Source of the DNA: an uncultured Chloroflexia bacterium
GTDB lineage: Bacteria; Chloroflexota; Anaerolineae; Anaerolineales; UBA4823
Direction: 5' to 3'
Length of the DNA: 64,000 nucleotides
Assembly (NCBI GenBank): GCA_963702535.1
Contig: CAVPDG010000007.1
Span: forward strand, 4,949 to 68,948
Numbering within the stretch: position 1 is the first letter of the stretch; every line of letters starts with the position of its first letter. Both the position numbers and the translations under genes were made by a program. Below are positions 38,031 through 46,622 of this stretch, in pieces. The notes under the pieces were generated by a model. It ran no database searches. It had not been told where the DNA came from and saw only the letters and a list, made by a program, of their open reading frames with translations.

Positions 38031-39569
38031 ATGGGCGATGAACTATTCCTCGGGTTGGATATCGGCATCTCTACGGTCAAGGTAGCCCTGTTCACCGGGC
38101 AGGGCGAGCTGGTGGCGCTGGAATCCGACGAGTACATGGTGATGCCGGAAGGCGAAGTGGTGGAGGCTGACCCGGAGATCTACTGGGCGCCCATGGCACG
38201 TTCCATCCGCAAGCTGCTGCAAAATTGGGGCGGCGATCCGCAGCGCATCGCCGCGGTTTCCATCTCCAGCCACGGGGAGACGATCTTCCCCATGCGGGCG
38301 GATGGCAAGCCGGTGCGCAAAGCCATCAACTGGATGGACAACCGCTCGCAGCTCGAATCGGACGAGCTGCTGGAGAGCCTGGGTAGCCAGAAGGTGCTGG
38401 AGATCACCGGGCAGCCGGAGGTGGGTCCCATCTGGCCCGTGACCAAATACCGCTGGATGAGCAAGCACGAGCCGGAGCTGGTAAAAGAGACCGCCAGCTT
38501 CCTGCTGCCGGAGGATTACATCCTCTTCCGCCTGAGCGGGCAGTTTGCCGGCGAATACACGCTGTGGTCTTCATCGCTGGTCTTCGACATCCGCCAGAAG
38601 CGCCTGTCGGACGAGCTGCTGGCGTTCGCCGGCATCTCGCCGGCGCAGATCCCCGCCATTTACCCGGCGGGCACGGCTTTTGGCAATATTTCAGCAGCTT
38701 GTGCGGCTGAAACCGGTCTGAGCGTGAAAACCCGCGTGGTGACCGGCGCCCTGGACCAGGTGTGCGCCGCCATCGGCGCCGGCAACGTGGCGCCGGGGAT
38801 GATCACCGAGAGCACCGGGTCGGTGCTGGCGCTGGTGGCTTCGATCCGCGAGCCGATCTTCGATAACGTGACCCGCCTGCCCTGCCACATCCACGCCGTG
38901 CCGGACACGTACTGCATGCTGCCCTGGAACCCGACGGGCGGCATGACCTTGAAGTGGTTCAAGGACACTTTTGCGCCCGACCTGACCCGCCAGGCGCAGG
39001 AGGAAGGCAAGGATGTTTACGACCTGCTGAGCATCCCGGCAGAGGGCGTCAAGCCGGGCAGCGATGGGCTGATCATGCTGCCGCACCTGGAAGGCGCCTT
39101 CTTCCCGGAGTTCGATACACAGGTGCGGGCAGTGTTCTTCGGCTTCACTCTCAGCCACACGCGGGCGCACTTTACCCGGGCGATCATGGAAGCCATCGCC
39201 TACATGCTGCGCCGCGACCTGGAAGGGCTGCAAAAGCTGGGCGTGGGGTCCAGCGAGCTGCGCGTGCTGGGCGGCGGAGCGAAGAGCCGCCTGTGGTCGC
39301 AGATCAAGGCGGACGTGTGCAATACACCGGTGATTATGCCCAGCCATCGCGAGGCGGCTGTGATGGGCGCCGCCATGCTGGCAGCCGTGGGCGTGGGCTA
39401 TTACCCGGATATCCCCTCGGCAGCCAGGGTGATGGCTCGCCCGGGCACGCGCCTGGAGCCGGACCCCGCCAACCGCCGCCTGTACGACGCGACGTTTGAC
39501 CTGTATGTCTCGATCTACGATGCGCTCAAGCCGCTCTTCCCCAGGCGCAGCGAAATCCTAAAAATGTAA
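38031..39569 (+). CDS. FGGY-family carbohydrate kinase (xylulokinase-like)
   Basis: 512 aa with LGLDIGISTVKVALF, VLGGGAKSRLWSQIKADV and GAAMLAAVGVG. Confidence 0.85.
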   Translation: MGDELFLGLDIGISTVKVALFTGQGELVALESDEYMVMPEGEVVEADPEIYWAPMARSIRKLLQNWGGDPQRIAAVSISSHGETIFPMRADGKPVRKAINWMDNRSQLESDELLESLGSQKVLEITGQPEVGPIWPVTKYRWMSKHEPELVKETASFLLPEDYILFRLSGQFAGEYTLWSSSLVFDIRQKRLSDELLAFAGISPAQIPAIYPAGTAFGNISAACAAETGLSVKTRVVTGALDQVCAAIGAGNVAPGMITESTGSVLALVASIREPIFDNVTRLPCHIHAVPDTYCMLPWNPTGGMTLKWFKDTFAPDLTRQAQEEGKDVYDLLSIPAEGVKPGSDGLIMLPHLEGAFFPEFDTQVRAVFFGFTLSHTRAHFTRAIMEAIAYMLRRDLEGLQKLGVGSSELRVLGGGAKSRLWSQIKADVCNTPVIMPSHREAAVMGAAMLAAVGVGYYPDIPSAARVMARPGTRLEPDPANRRLYDATFDLYVSIYDALKPLFPRRSEILKM

Positions 39570-39585
39570 AGGTGAGAAATCCGTT

Positions 39586-40344
39586 GTGACCGACCCATCC
39601 AAGCCGTTAGCAGAAATACACGATGAAGCCCTGCGGGTAGCCGAGGCGCTGGATCAAACCCACGCCCCGCTGCGCCTGCTCGGCGGGGCAGCCATCTGGC
39701 TGCGCTGCCCGAGCGCCGAGCACCCCCTGCTGCGCCGCAACTACGCCGACCTGGATTTCATCTGCCTGCGCTCTGCTGGACCGGATACCAAGCGCTTCCT
39801 CGTCGGGCTGGGCTACGAGGCGGATAAGTATTTCAATTCCCTGCACGGGCGCAGCCGCTTGCTGTTCCACGACCCGCTAAACCAGCGCCAGGTGGACGTC
39901 CTGTTCGACGAGATGCTGATGTGCCACCGGCTGGACTTCCGCAAGCGCATCAGCGTCGACCCGCGCACGCTGTCCCTGGCAGACCTGCTGCTCACCAAGT
40001 TGCAGATCGTCGAGACCAACCCCAAGGACATGTCCGACATGGCGACGATCCTCTTCGACCATGCCATCGGCGAACGGGACGGCGACGATATCAACGCGGC
40101 TTATATCGCCGGTCTGACTGCCAACGATTGGGGGCTGTACCGCACCATCCAGCTCAACCTGGAGGCTGTGCGCCAGCATGCCGGTTCCCTGCCGCAGGTG
40201 GGTCCGTTTGCAATCAATGACCAGGTTGAGGCGCTGTGGGCGATGATCGAAGCGGCGCCGAAATCATTGAAGTGGAAGATGCGCGCCCAGGTGGGCGACC
40301 GGGTGAAATGGTACGAATTACCGGAAGAGGTACGCAGGAGCTGA
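39586..40344 (+). CDS. Nucleotidyltransferase-fold protein, function unknown
   Basis: GTG start. LRLLGGAAIWL...YADLDFIC fits the minimal NTase G[GS]...DxD pattern. The rest is helical and not recognisable to me. Confidence 0.45.
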   Translation: MTDPSKPLAEIHDEALRVAEALDQTHAPLRLLGGAAIWLRCPSAEHPLLRRNYADLDFICLRSAGPDTKRFLVGLGYEADKYFNSLHGRSRLLFHDPLNQRQVDVLFDEMLMCHRLDFRKRISVDPRTLSLADLLLTKLQIVETNPKDMSDMATILFDHAIGERDGDDINAAYIAGLTANDWGLYRTIQLNLEAVRQHAGSLPQVGPFAINDQVEALWAMIEAAPKSLKWKMRAQVGDRVKWYELPEEVRRS

Positions 40345-40358
40345 GAAAGGGACGCATC

Positions 40359-41323
40359 ATGATCTTTAAGAAACAAAACGTTACCCGTTTATTTTTCGCT
40401 ACAGATATTCACGGATCGGAGCGTTTGTTCCGTAAGTTTATCAACGGCGCCAAGGTCTATGGCGTCCAGGTGCTCGTGCTGGGCGGCGATATCACCGGTA
40501 AGGCGCTGGTGCCGTGCATACACCAGGGCGGAAAATACACCTGCCAGTTAATGGGCAGGGAGTACAGCGCCAGCACCCAGGCGGAACTGGACGAGGTGTT
40601 CCGGCTGATCAACTACAACGGTTTTTACCCGCGCGTGATGGAGCCGGATGAGGTGATGCGCATGCAAAGCGATCACGCCTACCATGAAGAGGTTTTCCAG
40701 GATACGCTGCTTTCCTCGGTGAGGAGCTGGCTGGATGTGGCGCAGGAGAAGCTCAAGGGTACCCGATTGCCCTGTACATGATGCCCGGCAATGACGACCC
40801 GCCGCAAGTGGTCCAGCTCATCAACGAATCGCAGGTAGCGGTCTGCGCGGAAGGGCGCTGCGTGCAGCTCGACGAGACGCACGAGATGATCTCCATGGGC
40901 TATTCCAACCCCACGCCCTGGCACACCGAGCGCGAGCTTCCCGAGGAAGAGCTATTGGAGAAGCTGGAGGCGATGGCGCCGCTGGTCAAAGCGCCGCAGA
41001 ACCTGGTGGTCAACTTCCACGCCCCACCCTACGATAGCCGCCTGGACACCGCACCAGAGCTCAAGGGAGATTTTCAGATCAACACCCAGATGGGGCAGCC
41101 GGTTCTGGTGCCGGTGGGCAGCAAATCGGTGCGGGCTTATATCGAGAAACACCAGCCCTTGTTAGGGCTGCACGGGCACGTTCATGAATCCGATGGCATG
41201 GCCCGCATTGGCCGTACGTTGTGCATCAATCCTGGCAGCGCATACACGGACGGGATGCTGTGCGGAGCAATCGTTGGACTCAAGAAGGACGGATTGGATA
41301 CTTACCAGATGGTGCGCGGATAG
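40359..41323 (+). pseudogene. Calcineurin-like metallophosphoesterase, frame broken once at CCC 40762-40764
   Basis: Start at MIFKKQNVTRLFFATDIHGSE. The motifs are D-x-H, GGDITGK, then (second frame) LYMMPGNDD, FHAPPY and LHGHVHES. Adding one C restores KGTPIALYMMPGNDD. Confidence 0.8.
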
Positions 41324-41450
41324 GGAGATGCCTGCCGGGGGGAAGGAGGTCGCTTGCCGGAAAAATACTTGACTTCGTATCAGCACTGTAACTGCACGCA
41401 GTAAAGAATTCTGAATTCGATGGAGTAGGTCAATCAAGAGGAGATTTGCA

Positions 41451-43091
41451 ATGGCTACTACGTCAACTGATCAACCTCCCAGCGCACCCGGCGGGCTTTA
41501 CCTACGCAAAGCCACCGGTCTGGTGCGCGAGATCACGATGAGCAATATCATCGTGTACAACATGCTGCCGGCGGTCCCTGGCTTGATCCTGGCGTTCTCG
41601 CTGTTCTGGATTCTGGGCGCCTTCCCCGGCGTAAATATGATCCTGGGCATGGTGATCGCGTTCGTGCTGGGGGCGTTCATCGCCACGGCTTTCGGTCTGC
41701 TGGCGGTGGCGATGCCGCGCACGGGCGGCGATTACATCCTGGTCAGCCGCACCCTGCACCCTGCGCTGGGCATGGTTAGCAGCATCAGCCTGATGTTCTC
41801 CGGCTTCCTGTCTATCGGCTACTGGGGCTGGGCGTGGACTGTCTTCGGCCTGGTGCCAGCCTTTATGGTGGTCGGCTCGATCACCGGCAACGCCACGTTG
41901 CTGGCGATCGGAACAGCCCTGGGTGGCAAGGGCGCAATGCTGATCGTCGGTCTGATCGCCATCGGCATCTGCGTGGCGATGCTCTCGGTGGGCATGCGCA
42001 CAACCATGAAAGTGCAGATGGTGTTGTGGTGGGTCGCCTTCGGCGGTCTGGCGCTGATGGCGATCATCCTGCTCTTCAACAGCCAGGCAAGCTTTGTCCA
42101 AGCATTTAACGCTTACGCCCAGCCATATACGGGGGCGGCAAACTCATACCAGTACATGATTGATCAAGCGGCTGCCGCCGGCATGTCCTGGCCCGGGACT
42201 TATTCGCTGGGTCCCACCCTGGCTGCCGTCGGCGCTTTGCTGACTTTCGGCATGTGGTCCTGGTGGTCGGTACATATGTCCGGCGAGATCAAGGGCGGCG
42301 CCACCCGCAAGCAGTGGTACGCTATCCTGTGGGCAACCGTGATCCAGTACACGATCTTCATCGTCATGACCCTGCTGCTCTACAAGACGGTCGGACAGCA
42401 GTTCATTGCTTCTTTGAACTACCTGAGCGCTGCTAATCCTGCCGCGTACGCCCTGCCGTCGCCGCCCTACCTGGTGCTTTTGACCAGCGTTATGCCGAGC
42501 GGCTTTATACTGCCGTTCCTCATCTCTTTCTCGTTCATTTGTTGGCTGCCGCTGGTGCACTATATCCAGTTCGTCCAGCCGATCCGCGCCTTCTTTGCTA
42601 TGGCGTTCGACCGCGTTGCCCCGGCAAAGCTGGCGGATGTGAACGAGCGCACCCATGCCCCGATCACGGGCTTGGTTGTCTGCACGGTCATCGGCATCGT
42701 ATGCCTGATCTGGGCTATCTTCTCGCCCAGCTTCATGACCGTGATCGTCATTGCCGGTCTGTTCGGCATCCCGCCCATCACGCTGGTTGGTATCTCAGCC
42801 ATCGTGTTCCCATACCGTCTCAAGGATCTGTACAAGACTTCCGCCGCCAAGCTGGAGGTGTTGGGCATCCCGCTCTTGGTGATTGCCGGTGTTGTCTCGG
42901 TGCTGGCTGAGGTTCTCTACGGCTATATCGCGTACAAATACTTGCTGCCTCAATCCCAGTGGGTAAACGCCACCATCATCACAGTGGGTGTCATCGTCAT
43001 TTCCGCGGTGCTGTATTTTGTGGCTTACGCGGTGCGCAAGCGTGAAGGGATCGACCTGGGCTTGGTCTTCAAAGAGCTGCCGCCCGAATAG
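41451..43091 (+). CDS. APC-superfamily (amino acid/polyamine/organocation) permease
   Basis: 546 aa with about 12-14 TM segments. AVAMPRTGGDYILVSR is the typical APC signature context. Confidence 0.8.
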   Translation: MATTSTDQPPSAPGGLYLRKATGLVREITMSNIIVYNMLPAVPGLILAFSLFWILGAFPGVNMILGMVIAFVLGAFIATAFGLLAVAMPRTGGDYILVSRTLHPALGMVSSISLMFSGFLSIGYWGWAWTVFGLVPAFMVVGSITGNATLLAIGTALGGKGAMLIVGLIAIGICVAMLSVGMRTTMKVQMVLWWVAFGGLALMAIILLFNSQASFVQAFNAYAQPYTGAANSYQYMIDQAAAAGMSWPGTYSLGPTLAAVGALLTFGMWSWWSVHMSGEIKGGATRKQWYAILWATVIQYTIFIVMTLLLYKTVGQQFIASLNYLSAANPAAYALPSPPYLVLLTSVMPSGFILPFLISFSFICWLPLVHYIQFVQPIRAFFAMAFDRVAPAKLADVNERTHAPITGLVVCTVIGIVCLIWAIFSPSFMTVIVIAGLFGIPPITLVGISAIVFPYRLKDLYKTSAAKLEVLGIPLLVIAGVVSVLAEVLYGYIAYKYLLPQSQWVNATIITVGVIVISAVLYFVAYAVRKREGIDLGLVFKELPPE

Positions 43092-43112
43092 ACCTTTCCT
43101 TATTCCATGACT

Positions 43113-43155
43113 GGAGGATCCCTTGCGGGAATATTTACCCCACAAGGGACCCTCC
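43113..43155 (+). other. Stem-loop after the APC permease gene
   Basis: GGAGGATCCCTTG pairs with CAAGGGACCCTCC (13 bp, one mismatch). There is no clear T-run. Confidence 0.35.
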
Positions 43156-43169
43156 CCCGAGGGTGATGT

Positions 43170-43949
43170 ATGGGCACCCTGGCAGACCGCAGGCGGACGG
43201 AAATACTGGCGCTGCTGGACAGCCAGCGCAGCCTGAGCCTGGGCGAGCTGAGCGTACAGCTCGGCGTGCCCGAAGCGACGCTGCGCAAAGACCTGCCGCT
43301 GCTGGCTGAGCTGGGGCTGCTCAAACTGCTGAGCGACGGGGCGGCAGCCATCCCACACTACCGCATCTCCCGCGAGCGCCAGGAGCGCATGCAGCTGAAC
43401 CGGGAGAAGAAGGAGCGCATCGGGGAGGCGGCTGCCGGCTTGATCCACCCCGGCGAGAGTGTCATCCTGGATGCCGGCACCACCCCGCTGCAGGTAGCCA
43501 GCCACATTTGTTCCGACCTGCGCCTTGCGGGTGGGCTGACCATGGTTACATCCTCTTTAAGAATTTTCCGTGAGATCGGCGCCTGCCCCGGCATCCGCAC
43601 GCACCTGCTAGGGGGCATCTACCTGCCCGAATACGAATCGCTGGCAGGTCCGCAGACTGTGGAGACTCTGAAAGGCATCCGCGCCGATAAAGTCTTCCTC
43701 GGGTCGGATGGTATCACGCTCTCGAACGGCGTCACCACCTCCGACATCCTGGAAGCGGACGTGGACCGTTACATCATCCAGGCTTCCCGGCAGGTGATCG
43801 TCGTCGCCGATTCGAGCAAGATCGGCGTGATCGGGCTGGTGACCCTGCTGCAGATCGAGCAGGTGGACACCCTGGTCACCGACCGGGACGCCTCGCCCGA
43901 GTTCGTCGACCTGGTTGAGAGCCTGGGTGTGCAAGTGATCCTGGCTTGA
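43170..43949 (+). CDS. DeoR-family transcriptional regulator
   Basis: 259 aa with an HTH plus DeoR C-domain (ILDAGTTPLQVA, KVFLGSDG, VVADSSKIG). Confidence 0.85.
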   Translation: MGTLADRRRTEILALLDSQRSLSLGELSVQLGVPEATLRKDLPLLAELGLLKLLSDGAAAIPHYRISRERQERMQLNREKKERIGEAAAGLIHPGESVILDAGTTPLQVASHICSDLRLAGGLTMVTSSLRIFREIGACPGIRTHLLGGIYLPEYESLAGPQTVETLKGIRADKVFLGSDGITLSNGVTTSDILEADVDRYIIQASRQVIVVADSSKIGVIGLVTLLQIEQVDTLVTDRDASPEFVDLVESLGVQVILA

Positions 43950-43969
43950 ACAGACGAATAAACCGAAAA

Positions 43970-44015
43970 ACAGGGCGCAGGGTGGGCTGCGCTTACGCTG
44001 CGCCCTGTCTTTCGG
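43970..44015 (+). terminator. Terminator-like hairpin after the DeoR gene
   Basis: ACAGGGCGCAG (43970-43980) pairs with CTGCGCCCTGT (43998-44008), followed by CTTTCGGATTTATT. An outer AT-rich arm also pairs partly. Confidence 0.6.
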
Positions 44016-44051
44016 ATTTATTCCAATATATTGCTCTGAAAGGAAAATGAT

Positions 44052-44869
44052 ATGCCAACAACCGGAGAAAAAATCAGATTGAGCCGCCTGTTCTCAGGCG
44101 GGCAGAACGCCGTCGTCGTCGCCATTGACCACGGTCTGTACTTTGGACCGCTGCCGGGGATGATCAACCTGCCGCAGGTGGTCAAATCACTGGGCGGGGC
44201 GGACGCCGTGCTGATGGCGCCTGGGGCTGCGGCGCACTGCTCCAGCATCTTCGAGCAGCGCGGCGCGCCGCCGCTGGTGCTGCGCCTGAATTTTGCATCG
44301 AATTATCTCTCGCCCTGGAAATACACACACTCGCACAGCGTGCCCATGCTCTCGGTGGCCGAGGCCGTAGCGCAGGGAGCGGATATCGTTCTGGCGAGCA
44401 TGACGTTACAGAATCCGGACGAGAAAGAAGACGCTAAAAATGTGGAGCTATTGGCGCATTTCATCAACGAAAAGCGCCTGCTGGGCATCCCGTTGATCGG
44501 CGAGGTTTTCCCCACCGGTGGTGATGACGCTAATCCTGCCGACCTGCACGAGCAGGTGCTCACCGGCTGCCGCATGATGGCGGAGCTGGGCGCCGATGCG
44601 GTCAAGACCTTCTACACCGGCGAGAAGTTCGAAGAAGTGACCGCCGGCACGCCGATCCCCATCCTGGCGCTGGGCGCCAAGAAGACCCCGCTGGAGAGGG
44701 ACGCCCTGCGCCTGGCGGCGACGGCGGTGCGCGCCGGGCGCGCGGCGTGGTCTTCGGCAGGAACGTGGTCCAGGCGAAGGAGCCGGAGCGCTTCCTGGAA
44801 GCGCTCAAGGAAGTGGTCAAGGTCCACGCCGACCCGGATAAGACGGCAGCCAAGTTCGGATTACAATGA
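44052..44869 (+). pseudogene. DhnA/FbaB-family class I aldolase (paralog of 9520..10356), frame broken once at GGG 44736-44738
   Basis: IRLSRLFSGGQNAVVVAIDHG...GADAVKTFYTGEKF...AVRAG, then in a second frame ARGVVFGRNVVQAKEPERFLEALKEVVKVHADPDKTAAKFGLQ-stop (TGA 44867-44869). Compare ARGVVFGRNVIQADDP in the paralog. Confidence 0.85.
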
Positions 44870-44892
44870 GAATAACCCTGGAGGGTATCTGC

Positions 44893-46239
44893 ATGCTTGA
44901 AAATATTCGTGTAGCTTTTTCGCCTTTTGGTTTTTACGGTTATCCCATTGAAGTGGTCTCCCGGCTGGGGCACGAAGCCGCCGAAGCGCTGCGCGGCATG
45001 GGCATCCAGGTCACCGAGACCGACCCGATGACCGGCTTCGATGACGTGCCGCGCGGCTTGCAACAGCTCGCCGGCAAGGAGTACGACGCCATCATCGCCT
45101 GCGTGGTAGCCTGGACGGAGACGCCGGTGATCACCGGCATCCTGCGCGATTACCTGCACCTGCCCATCTTGCTCTGGGGCAGGGGCGGCTACACGGTGAA
45201 CGGGCGCCTGGTATCGCCCGCCGCCCAGGCAGGCACATCCGCCGTGCTGGACACGCTCAAGTTCCTCGGGGCGAAGTTCAAGTACATCTACGATTACCCC
45301 GACAGCCCAATGAGCCTGGATAAAGTAGCCGATTTCTGCACGGCGGCAAAAGCGGTGAGCACACTGGCGCACGCCCGCATCGGCATGATGGGCTATGCGG
45401 ATATGGGTCTCTACTCGCTCATGTTCGACGGCTTGCAGGTGCGCAAAAAGCTGGGCGTGGAGGTGGAGAGCTACGATATGCTCGAGATCGAGCAGGCGAT
45501 GCAGGCGCTGCCCGCGGAAACCGTGCAGGCGCAGATCGCCGAGTGGAAGCAGGATTGGGTCTTCGAGCAACCGGTATTGCCGCCCATCCTGGAGCGGGTG
45601 GCGCGCCTGACGCTGGCGCTCAACGCCAAGATCGAGGCGAGGGGTTACCTGGCTTGCTCCACCAAGTGCGTTTATGGGGTGACCAAGTACATGGGCTGCA
45701 CGGCTTGCATGGCGCAGTCCATGCTGGGCGATAAAGCGCACTTCGTGTGCGAAAACGACGTGCCCGGCATGATCACGCAGACCATGCTGGGGCTGCTCAC
45801 GGGGCAGTCCACCACCTTCCTGGAAATGTACGAGTATTACCCGGACCGCATGTTGGCCGGCGTTTGCGGCTTTACGCCCACTTCCTTTGTCGATGGCGGC
45901 AAGGTGAGCGTGCGCGGCCACACCTGGGGCGGCTCGTCCGGCGGCATCGTCAACACCGCCCAAATGAAGACCGGCAGGGTGACCCTGGCGCGCATCTCGC
46001 TGCATGGGGAGCGCTACCGCATGCACGTCCTCACCGGCGAGGGCGTGAAGCCGCGCGATTGGGAAGAGCTGGGCTGGGCGCCGCCTGCGCCTTACTTCCC
46101 CTCGCTGGAGGTCATCCCGGATGGCGGCATGGAAGAATTCGCTCACAAGGCGCTGGCGCAGCACTATGCGGTGGTCTACGGCGACCACCGCCAGCGGCTG
46201 GTGGATCTGTGTGATTTGCTGGATATCGATGTGATTTAG
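44893..46239 (+). CDS. Short FucI-like isomerase-family protein (paralog 3)
   Basis: Start moved to ATG 44893 (MLENIRVAF...), with GGAGGG upstream. Paralog blocks as for 30776..32110. Confidence 0.7.
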   Translation: MLENIRVAFSPFGFYGYPIEVVSRLGHEAAEALRGMGIQVTETDPMTGFDDVPRGLQQLAGKEYDAIIACVVAWTETPVITGILRDYLHLPILLWGRGGYTVNGRLVSPAAQAGTSAVLDTLKFLGAKFKYIYDYPDSPMSLDKVADFCTAAKAVSTLAHARIGMMGYADMGLYSLMFDGLQVRKKLGVEVESYDMLEIEQAMQALPAETVQAQIAEWKQDWVFEQPVLPPILERVARLTLALNAKIEARGYLACSTKCVYGVTKYMGCTACMAQSMLGDKAHFVCENDVPGMITQTMLGLLTGQSTTFLEMYEYYPDRMLAGVCGFTPTSFVDGGKVSVRGHTWGGSSGGIVNTAQMKTGRVTLARISLHGERYRMHVLTGEGVKPRDWEELGWAPPAPYFPSLEVIPDGGMEEFAHKALAQHYAVVYGDHRQRLVDLCDLLDIDVI

Positions 46240-46272
46240 TCAACCTCGGTTTGGTTCCACAATCGCGAGGGT

Positions 46273-46323
46273 GAAAATTTGAAGACTGCGTGCGGCGGAG
46301 CCGGACGCAGTCTTCAAATTTTC
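46273..46323. terminator. 19-bp perfect inverted repeat at the high-GC / low-GC boundary
   Basis: GAAAATTTGAAGACTGCGT (46273-46291), a 13-nt loop, then ACGCAGTCTTCAAATTTTC (46305-46323). It begins 34 nt after the isomerase stop. Confidence 0.5.
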
Positions 46324-46344
46324 GTAACTACTCAGTCCCCTATG

Positions 46345-46530
46345 CAGCAAAAAAGGTGGAACGTAAGGCTTACCAACCACTGCCTTGTAAAGCACATCCA
46401 ATACGGGCTGACCATTTTTTACGAGCCGTGGAGATGTAACTGCGAATATGGCAGAAAACCTTTCCCCCTCCTCAGTCTGAAAACCACCTGACACCTTTTG
46501 CTCCACCTTTGAGACTGCCAGCAAAAAGTG
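46345..46530 (-). mobile_element. Degraded C-terminal remnant of an IS66-family-like transposase
   Basis: ...KVEQKVSGGFQTEEGERFSAIFAVTSPRLVKNGQPVLDVLYKAVVGKPYVPPFL resembles, from memory, the IS66-type C-terminus (...K(V/I)SGCFRS.EGA..F..IRSY(I/L)ST.RK.G........L..G.P). No catalytic domain is present upstream. Confidence 0.4.
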
Positions 46531-46622
46531 GTCGAAAAACGAGGTGGCAGCAATTCGGCTGCAACCGCTTGTTAAGTATGATTTATGGCTATAAGACCCA
46601 CAAACGGGATAATATAATGTGG

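Noticed and set aside
39586-41323. Calling the NTase-like + phosphoesterase pair a CBASS-like or other known defence system
   Set aside because: There is no recognisable CD-NTase signature, no effector (TM, patatin, endonuclease, TIR/SAVED) and no Cap-type accessory gene. The context is metabolic. It is kept only as an open question.
43113-43155. Strong rho-independent terminator after the APC permease gene
   Set aside because: The 13-bp stem has a mismatch, the loop is 17 nt, and no T-run follows. It is kept as a low-confidence structure only.
44602-46188. 528-aa minus-strand ORF; similar long antisense ORFs at 34161-35495, 36648-37925, 24235-25314, 60641-61723, 28692-29564, 12011-12847 and 7219-8337
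   Set aside because: The reasoning is the same as above. They are low-complexity Arg/Ala/Gly/His-rich translations opposite well-supported genes, and are GC-driven absence of stop codons.
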